DNA of 32,000 nucleotides from Thermosulfurimonas dismutans. GTDB lineage: Bacteria > Desulfobacterota > Thermodesulfobacteria > Thermodesulfobacteriales > Thermodesulfobacteriaceae. The notes below the pieces were generated by a model. It saw only the letters and a list, made by a program, of their open reading frames with translations, searched no databases and was not told the origin of the DNA. The stretch spans positions 30,001 through 62,000 of the forward strand of contig NZ_LWLG01000002.1 of the NCBI RefSeq assembly GCF_001652585.1, in the 5' to 3' direction. This document shows positions 26,290 through 32,000 of the stretch, one piece after another; positions within the stretch are counted from its first letter, which is position 1; the number at the start of each line of letters is the position of its first letter. The position numbers and the translations under genes were made by a program.

Positions 26290-26296
26290 AACGAAC

Positions 26297-27910
26297 TTAA
26301 CCCAAGATGGCCTTGAGGTCTTCTTCGGGAGTAGAGATAGGCGCGAGGTTGTACTTTTCGGCCAAGAAGTTCAAAACGTTTGGGGTTAGAAAAGCCGGCA
26401 CACTAGGGCCGAGCTTGATGTTCTTAATTCCAAGGTAAAGGAGCGTCAGCAGGATGGCCACGGCCTTCTGCTCGTACCAGGAAATGATAAGAGAAAGAGG
26501 CAATTGGTTTACGTCTACGTTGAAGGCCTTAGCCAGGGCCAGCGCAATCTGCACGGCACTGTAAGCGTCATTACACTGGCCGATATCAAGGAGCCGCGGG
26601 ATGCCACCGATGTCTCCCAGATCCTTGTCAAAGAAACGGAACTTACCGCAGGCAAGCGTGAGCACCACACAGTCCTTAGGGACCTTCTCCACGAACTCGG
26701 TGTAGTAGTTCCGTACAGGCTTGGCTCCATCACAACCACCCACTAGGAAGAAGTGCCGGATGGCCCCGCTCTTTACGGCTTCGACAATCTTGTCCGCCAC
26801 GGAAAGAACGGCATTGCGAGCGAAACCGGTCATAACCTCTTTTCCGGTCAGATCCTCGGTGAAGCCAGGCATCTTTTGGGCCATCTCAATTACTGGAGAA
26901 AAATCCTCGTTCGGTATGTGCTTTACCCCCGGAAAACCTACCGGCCCAAGGGTAAAGACCCGGTCCTTGTAGCTCTCCTTAGGCGGCATGAGACAATTAG
27001 TGGTCATAACAATAGGACCAGGGAACTCCGCAAACTCCTTTTGTTGGTTCTGCCAGGCGGTCCCGTAGTGACCATAAAGATGCTTGAACTTCTTGAGCTC
27101 AGGATATCCGTGAGCCGGAAGCATCTCACCGTGGGTGTAAACATAGATGCCCTTGCCCTCGGTCTGCTTGAGAAGCTCATAGAGGTCTTTGAGATCGTGT
27201 CCGGAAACCAGAATGGCCTTTCCGGCCTTATGGCCCAAGGGCACCTTGGTGGGCACGGGATGACCAAAGGTTTCGGTGTTTCCGGCATCAAGAAGCTCCA
27301 TCACGCGCAAATTGATCTTTCCGGCCTCAAGAGCCATATTTACCCAATCTTCAAGGGTAAGATCGTCACGGTAAAGTTTGACCAAGGCCTCTTTCATATA
27401 GCGGTAAACCTCGTCGTCCTCCTTTCCGAGCCTGGCCGAATGATAGGCATAGGCCGCAATCCCCTTCAAGGCATAAAGGACAGTAAGCTTAAGGGAAAAA
27501 ATGTCGGCATCTTTGGCCTTCTCAGGCTTGAGCTCCACCTCTTCTCCCTGTTTGACTAAATCCTCTATGGTTTCCGCGGGTTCAAACCGGGCAACTTCGG
27601 AAACATCCGAAAGTCCGGCCTCACTTTTGATGTTCTCCCGCAGCTCTACCGTCCGCCGGATGTAGTCCGCAATCCTTTCGGGATCAAAGTTCACATTCGT
27701 GAGAGTAGAAAAAAGGGCCTCGCAGATAAAGTGATCCACCTCTGGCTTTTTAACCCCTTTGTCCTCAGCCTTAAGAGCCACTTCCGAAAGGCCTACTAGG
27801 GCGTGCACCAGAAGGTCCTGGAGCTCATCCACTTCGTGGGATTTGCCACACACCCCTATCTTGGTGCAAGCTACCCCTTTGGCCGTCTGTTCACACTGAT
27901 TACAAAACAT
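26297..27910 (-). CDS. hcp: hybrid cluster protein / hydroxylamine reductase
   Basis: N-terminal Cys cluster MFCNQCEQTAKGVACTKIGVCGK (Cx2Cx8Cx5C). The 537-aa length and internal motifs (HGEMLPAHGYP, TTNC, GGCDG, LACGKFRF, GQCNDAYS) are typical of Hcp. Strong TAAGGAGGTG SD. Confidence 0.95.
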   Translation of the reverse strand: MFCNQCEQTAKGVACTKIGVCGKSHEVDELQDLLVHALVGLSEVALKAEDKGVKKPEVDHFICEALFSTLTNVNFDPERIADYIRRTVELRENIKSEAGLSDVSEVARFEPAETIEDLVKQGEEVELKPEKAKDADIFSLKLTVLYALKGIAAYAYHSARLGKEDDEVYRYMKEALVKLYRDDLTLEDWVNMALEAGKINLRVMELLDAGNTETFGHPVPTKVPLGHKAGKAILVSGHDLKDLYELLKQTEGKGIYVYTHGEMLPAHGYPELKKFKHLYGHYGTAWQNQQKEFAEFPGPIVMTTNCLMPPKESYKDRVFTLGPVGFPGVKHIPNEDFSPVIEMAQKMPGFTEDLTGKEVMTGFARNAVLSVADKIVEAVKSGAIRHFFLVGGCDGAKPVRNYYTEFVEKVPKDCVVLTLACGKFRFFDKDLGDIGGIPRLLDIGQCNDAYSAVQIALALAKAFNVDVNQLPLSLIISWYEQKAVAILLTLLYLGIKNIKLGPSVPAFLTPNVLNFLAEKYNLAPISTPEEDLKAILG

Positions 27911-27978
27911 ACCTTACACCTCCTTATTTGGATTTTTTAAGTCTACAATATAGATAAACCACCTCCCCCCATTTAGCC

Positions 27979-27992
27979 TTGACCCAGGTCAA
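27979..27992. promoter_or_regulatory. CRP/FNR-family-type palindrome TTGAC-N4-GTCAA in the hcp divergent intergenic region
   Basis: TTGACCCAGGTCAA is a perfect 5+5 palindrome. Its centre lies 41.5 nt upstream of the TSS predicted from the TATCTA -10 (27956-27951, minus strand) of hcp. Its TTGACC half is also the -35 of a TTGACC-18-TATACT promoter facing the + strand gene. Confidence 0.5.
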
Positions 27993-28038
27993 AAAGAAAT
28001 CTTATACTTAAGCTAAGTCCTTTGAGGGGGTTTGGCAA

Positions 28039-28428
28039 ATGAAAAAATATTTACCGATAATGGCCTTATTGGGCCTTTTGATATTCTTTTCCCCTGTCAA
28101 GGCCGAGGTCCTGAGCGTGGAGGAAAAGGAGATCTATGCGCTTTATATCGTGCCGGCTCCCAAGACCTTCCCCACTGAACTAGGATATATCATAACCAAC
28201 TTCGGTCCCGGCAACATCAATTTCCTTGAGAGGATTGACATTATAGTAGATCGGGAAGGTCGCGTTCAGGGGCTCAAGATCGTTTATACCCCGCCAGACG
28301 GCTTCAAGCGTCACGTCTTTCTTGCCGGAAACAGATCTCTTGTGGTCCAGGAGGCTCGACCGGGCTCCCTCAAAAAGAAGATCCTTTTTCGGGTGGTCAC
28401 CAGCGACGAAGTAAATAAACTAGAATAA
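28039..28428 (+). CDS. hypothetical secreted protein
   Basis: 129 aa with signal peptide MKKYLPIMALLGLLIFFSPVKA|EV. No family is recognised. A GAGGGGG SD is present. The stop lies 1 nt from the convergent pyrE stop. Confidence 0.6.
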   Translation: MKKYLPIMALLGLLIFFSPVKAEVLSVEEKEIYALYIVPAPKTFPTELGYIITNFGPGNINFLERIDIIVDREGRVQGLKIVYTPPDGFKRHVFLAGNRSLVVQEARPGSLKKKILFRVVTSDEVNKLE

Positions 28429-28429
28429 A

Positions 28430-28966
28430 TTAGAAAAATTCGCGGAGGGTAAAAAGGGCTCGGAGGATAAGGCCTCTCTCGGAGAGAGCTTCCTTCCCTC
28501 CTTCCTCTCTGTCCACCAGGGCCACCACTCCAAGGATATACAGCCCAAACTCTTTAGCCCGTTCATAGGCCTTTAAGGCCGAACCTCCGGTGGTAACCAC
28601 ATCTTCCAGGATGACCGCCCGCATGCCCGGACGAACATGACCTTCTATATACTTTTGAGTCCCGTGACCCTTGGCTTCTTTGCGCACAATAAAACCTTCT
28701 AAAGGATAGTCCTCGAGACCGGCTGCAAAGCACACAGCCGCTACCAGAGGATCGGCCCCCAGAGTAAGTCCCCCCACGGCCTCGGGCTCAAAGGTCTTCA
28801 CTTCCTCCCAGAGGAGGCGTCCGATAAGCGGAAGGGCCTCCGAATAAAGAGTGACCTGTTTACAGTCTAGATAATGTTGGCTGATCCTCCCCGAGGCCAG
28901 CCTGAAACCCTCCTCCTTAAACAGATAGGCCCTTTCCTTTAAGAGCTTAAATAGTTTCTCCTTCAT
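28430..28966 (-). CDS. pyrE: orotate phosphoribosyltransferase
   Basis: 178 aa. PRPP-binding motif VILEDVVTTGGS, with FRLASGRISQHYLDC at the N-terminus. Confidence 0.9.
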   Translation of the reverse strand: MKEKLFKLLKERAYLFKEEGFRLASGRISQHYLDCKQVTLYSEALPLIGRLLWEEVKTFEPEAVGGLTLGADPLVAAVCFAAGLEDYPLEGFIVRKEAKGHGTQKYIEGHVRPGMRAVILEDVVTTGGSALKAYERAKEFGLYILGVVALVDREEGGKEALSERGLILRALFTLREFF

Positions 28967-29849
28967 CCTTTACAATCTCCGTACCCACCCCTTGGTCGGT
29001 AAAAAGTTCCAACAGGAGGGCATGGGGGACACGGCCGTCTATGACATGGGCCTTTTTGACCCCGGCCGAAAGGGCCTTTTTGGCACTTTTTAACTTAGGG
29101 ATCATACCTCCTTTGGCAACCTCCCGCGACAGAAGATATTCAACCTGGGAAAGGGTAATAGTCGAAAGAAGACGCCCTTCCTCATCAAGCACTCCCTTCA
29201 CATCCGTAAGATAAACCACCTTCTCGGCCGAAAGGGCCCCCGCTACCGCTCCGGCCACGAGATCAGCGTTTATGTTGTAAGCCTCACTATCCGGCCCCAC
29301 CCCCACCGGGGCTATCACAGGAATGAAATCCTTTTCCATGAGAGTATTGAGAACCTCGGGATTAACTTTCTTGACCTTACCCACCCTTCCGATATCAATG
29401 ATTTCCGGAGGCCGATCCTCACCGGTGTAACGGTAAACCTGCATCTTCTCGGCCTCTATAAGATCTCCATCCCGGCCTGAAAGCCCCACCGCCCTTGCCC
29501 CGTGACGGTTTATGAGACTGACGATGCTTTTGTTTACCGTGCCCACCAGCACCATCTCCACCACGCTCATGGTTTCAGGATCCGTTACTCGTTGGCCCTC
29601 TACAAAGACCGGTTTAAGCCCCATTTTCTTCATAACCTCACTTATTTGGGGGCCCCCTCCGTGGACAATAACCGGACGAATACCCACATATTTCATGAGC
29701 ACGATGTCCTGAGCAAAGGCCTCCTTAAGGGCCGGATCCACCATGGCGTGACCACCATACTTCACCACTACCACCTTGCCATAAAAAAGGCGGATATAAG
29801 GCAAGGCCTCTACCAAAACCCGAGCGGTATCCAGTTTGAGGTCCGACAT
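28947..29849 (-). CDS. argB: acetylglutamate kinase
   Basis: The start is set at ATG 29849 (MSDLKLDTARVLVEALPYI...). Motifs VVVKYGGHAM, VHGGGPQI and NINADLVAG are present. It overlaps pyrE by 20 nt. There is no SD. Confidence 0.9.
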   Translation of the reverse strand: MSDLKLDTARVLVEALPYIRLFYGKVVVVKYGGHAMVDPALKEAFAQDIVLMKYVGIRPVIVHGGGPQISEVMKKMGLKPVFVEGQRVTDPETMSVVEMVLVGTVNKSIVSLINRHGARAVGLSGRDGDLIEAEKMQVYRYTGEDRPPEIIDIGRVGKVKKVNPEVLNTLMEKDFIPVIAPVGVGPDSEAYNINADLVAGAVAGALSAEKVVYLTDVKGVLDEEGRLLSTITLSQVEYLLSREVAKGGMIPKLKSAKKALSAGVKKAHVIDGRVPHALLLELFTDQGVGTEIVKDEGETI

Positions 29850-29856
29850 AACTTGG

Positions 29857-29885
29857 TATATATAGCACAAAAGAGGAACTCTAAA
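29857..29885 (-). promoter_or_regulatory. promoter-like TTTAGA-17-TATATA, 7 nt upstream of the argB ATG (leaderless geometry)
   Basis: On the minus strand, TTTAGA (29885-29880) is followed by a 17-nt spacer, TATATA (29862-29857), then CCAAGTT and the ATG. Confidence 0.3.
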
Positions 29886-29886
29886 A

Positions 29887-31077
29887 GTGGGATTTTTAAA
29901 ACGGATTGAAAATCAAACTCTGCTGGCCATTCTGCTGGCCGTCGTGGTGGGGATATCCTTCCCCTCGGTGGTCTTGAAATTTTCGGTTATCGGGAAAGCC
30001 TTCCTGAAACTGCTGAAGATGGTGGTAGCCCCCCTGATCTTTACCTCGGTATTTATAAGCCTCTTAAATCTGAAGAGTCTGAAAACCCTGGAACGGTTGG
30101 GTCTTAGGACCATCATTTACTACCTTGCGACCACCTCCCTTTCGGTTCTAATAGGCCTCCTCCTGGTGAACCTCATCAAACCCTCGGCCGAGATAGGGGC
30201 CAGCGAGATACCCGAATTAAAAACCATTTCCCTATCAGAGCTCTTCCTCGGGCTCTTTCCGGAAAATATCGTCAAGAGCTTCGCCCACACGGAGGTCATT
30301 CCCATCATCTTCTTCGCTATGGTGTTGGCTCTTGCGGCTCTCAAAATAGGAGAAAAGGCCAGACCGTTGAACTTATTTTTCGGGGCCCTCAACGAGACTC
30401 TTCTCACCCTCACTCGGGGCATCATCCGCCTGACACCGGCAGGAGTCTTCTTTCTGGTAGCTTCTTTGGTGGCCAAGGAAGGTCTCTCTCCACTCATATC
30501 CCTCTGGGAATATGCCGGAACCGTAGTCCTGGGACTAGCCATCCATGGTTTGGTAACCCTGCCTTTTCTCCTTTATCTCTTCACCCGGACAAACCCCTGG
30601 CGGTATTTCCTTGCCGTGCGGGAAGCTCCGCTTCTAGCCCTCTCCACGGCTTCGAGTTCGGCCACTCTGCCGGTAACCATTGAAGTTGCCGAGGAAAAAG
30701 CCGGAGTAAAACCTGAGGTGGCAGGTTTCATCCTCCCCCTGGGGTCCACCGTCAATATGGACGGCACCGCCCTTTACGAGGCCGTAGCCGCCATGTTCAT
30801 TGCCTACTCCTACGGTCTCAAACTCACGCTTTCTCAGCAGGTGGTTATCTTCTTGACTGCGGTTCTGGCCTCGGTGGGAGCTGCGGGTATTCCCAGTGCA
30901 GGCCTGGTAACCATGACCTTAGTCCTTCAATCCGTGGGCCTTCCCCTTGAGGGCCTGGGGCTGATCTTGGCGGTGGATAGATTCTTGGATATGCTACGAA
31001 CTAGCATAAACGTTTGGGGAGACCTAGTGGGGGCTAAAATCATAGATTCCTGGTTGCCCAAGGAGGCCAAGCATTAA
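29887..31077 (+). CDS. dicarboxylate/amino acid:cation symporter (DAACS/GltP family)
   Basis: Multi-TM protein with family motifs LKMVVAPLIFTSV, SSSATLPV, GSTVNMDGTALYEAV and VDRFLDMLRTSINVWGD. The start is GTG, preceded by AAGAGGAA. Confidence 0.9.
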   Translation: MGFLKRIENQTLLAILLAVVVGISFPSVVLKFSVIGKAFLKLLKMVVAPLIFTSVFISLLNLKSLKTLERLGLRTIIYYLATTSLSVLIGLLLVNLIKPSAEIGASEIPELKTISLSELFLGLFPENIVKSFAHTEVIPIIFFAMVLALAALKIGEKARPLNLFFGALNETLLTLTRGIIRLTPAGVFFLVASLVAKEGLSPLISLWEYAGTVVLGLAIHGLVTLPFLLYLFTRTNPWRYFLAVREAPLLALSTASSSATLPVTIEVAEEKAGVKPEVAGFILPLGSTVNMDGTALYEAVAAMFIAYSYGLKLTLSQQVVIFLTAVLASVGAAGIPSAGLVTMTLVLQSVGLPLEGLGLILAVDRFLDMLRTSINVWGDLVGAKIIDSWLPKEAKH

Positions 31078-31663
31078 CGCCTCTGAGAAAGAACGCCTGA
31101 TTCCGGATACCAGCATCTTCACCAATCCTGACGTTTATCACCAGCTGGGTGAAAGTCCCCCCGAAGCCTTTGAAAACTTCCTTCTCTTAGCGGCGGAGGC
31201 CGACGGACTCTCCGTTTATATGCCTTCTTCCATTTATGAGGAACTGAAAAAGATGGTAAAGGATCTTCACATCCCGCCCAGGGCCCGGGCCATTTTCAAG
31301 GTCAAATCCCCCCGAAAGTATGAACTCCAGATTCCGGCCTTCTTACTTTATGAATTCATCGAAGACCTGAGGAAAAGGATCAATAAAGGGCTCCGGGTGG
31401 CCGAAGAGGCCGTGAGGCTCAGTTCCGGAAAAAAACCAGGAGAGGTCATCAACATTCTTCGCCGAAAATATCGGGAGGCCCTCCGGGAGGGGATCGTAGA
31501 TAGCCGAGAGGACCTAGAGCTCATCTTGCTAGCCCTTGAGCTTGATGGCATAGTGCTTTCGGCAGACCGAGGAGTCCTTCTTATGGCGGACAAGCTTGGT
31601 ATCCGCTACATTCCCCCGAAGGAGATTCGGGAAACCCTCGAGGGTTTCCGGTACCTGGGTTAG
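31073..31663 (+). CDS. RNA-free RNase P homolog (HARP, Aq_880-like; PIN_5/UPF0278, formerly 'RNA ligase partner' family)
   Basis: The frame is open from 31046. The conserved PIN N-terminus LIPDTSIFTNPDVYHQLGESPPEAFENFL lies upstream of the track's ATG 31220. Further family-like blocks are YMPSSIYEEL, KSPRKYELQIPAFLLYEFIEDLRKRINKGLRVAEE, LRRKYREALREGIVDSREDLELILLALELDG and LSADRG. The proposed start is ATT 31073, which follows AAGGAGG (31060-31066) by 6 nt and overlaps the upstream TAA (ATTAA). Confidence 0.7.
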   Translation: MNASEKERLIPDTSIFTNPDVYHQLGESPPEAFENFLLLAAEADGLSVYMPSSIYEELKKMVKDLHIPPRARAIFKVKSPRKYELQIPAFLLYEFIEDLRKRINKGLRVAEEAVRLSSGKKPGEVINILRRKYREALREGIVDSREDLELILLALELDGIVLSADRGVLLMADKLGIRYIPPKEIRETLEGFRYLG

Positions 31664-32000
31664 ATCGGACGCTCATCTAAAAGCGGGATTTCTTCCACTA
31701 GCTCTGTATAATCATCCAACCAGTAAGCTTGCGGATTCCGACGATAGACCAAAACCTTTCCGGTATCTTGATTACGAGCGGCCCGGTGAAACTTGAAAAT
31801 TACGTGCTCCCGAGTCATGGCCACTATCTCTATTTTCCCCATAGCATGAGACATCACGAAACGGGCCCTCTTGGCCACCCCGGAAACCCTGCCCCTAGCA
31901 GTTTCAAATATCTGGTATCCCCGCTCAATGGGGACGGCGTAGGGTTTATTGCCTACCGTAGGCCGACATTGAAAGACATAATACGGAGAAACCCCCATAG
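31660..32000 (-). CDS. KamA-family radical SAM aminomutase (lysine 2,3-aminomutase-like), C-terminal part; 5' end beyond the window
   Basis: The C-terminal block SPYYVFQCRPTVGNKPYAVPIERGYQIFETARGRVSGVAKRARFVMSHAMGKIEIV matches the KamA-family pattern. The ORF runs off the window edge. Its 3' end overlaps the HARP gene by 4 nt (convergent). Confidence 0.75.
   Translation of the reverse strand, partial: MGVSPYYVFQCRPTVGNKPYAVPIERGYQIFETARGRVSGVAKRARFVMSHAMGKIEIVAMTREHVIFKFHRAARNQDTGKVLVYRRNPQAYWLDDYTELVEEIPLLDERPI

Noticed and set aside
26753-27559. 268-aa + strand ORF
   Set aside because: It is antisense to hcp, so this is a shadow frame.

Overview
This is a densely packed, mostly housekeeping chromosomal segment with about 32 protein genes and one tRNA-Leu. 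I saw no rRNA, CRISPR array, transposase or integrase. Proteins are E/K/R/L-rich in a thermophile style. Packing is very tight: there are many ATGA/GTGA stop-start overlaps, and several convergent pairs have 0-1 nt gaps or overlapping 3' ends. The gene content includes hybrid cluster protein, a nonaheme c-type cytochrome, a DsrE-like protein, Mrp/NBP35, a KamA-family radical SAM enzyme and a protein-only RNase P homolog. This suggests an anaerobic thermophilic bacterium, possibly Thermodesulfobacteriota- or Aquificota-like, but that is inference only. Confident calls are def, an M24 peptidase, an MltB-like transglycosylase, a UPF0182 membrane protein, aconitase, hemB, lon, purC, holA, mrp, rlmI-like, asd, fadD/fadL, hcp, pyrE, argB and a DAACS symporter. 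I found no obvious multi-gene novel system. The points most worth a second look are: (1) a HARP/Aq_880-type RNA-free RNase P homolog whose catalytic N-terminus lies upstream of any canonical start codon; (2) an FNR/CRP-type palindrome at class-II distance from the hcp promoter, which also overlaps the -35 of a divergent secreted-protein gene; (3) an orphan, compositionally mosaic type IV prepilin gene next to a ~350-nt stretch of decayed coding signal, within a ~490-nt unassigned gap; (4) an unannotated 33-aa membrane peptide translationally coupled to the UPF0182 gene; (5) a small locus that only makes sense with a +1 shift at a T6 run; (6) a tandem duplication of the tRNA-Leu 3' end; (7) several first-in-operon genes with leaderless promoter geometry. 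All family assignments come from motif recognition by eye. No database search was run.
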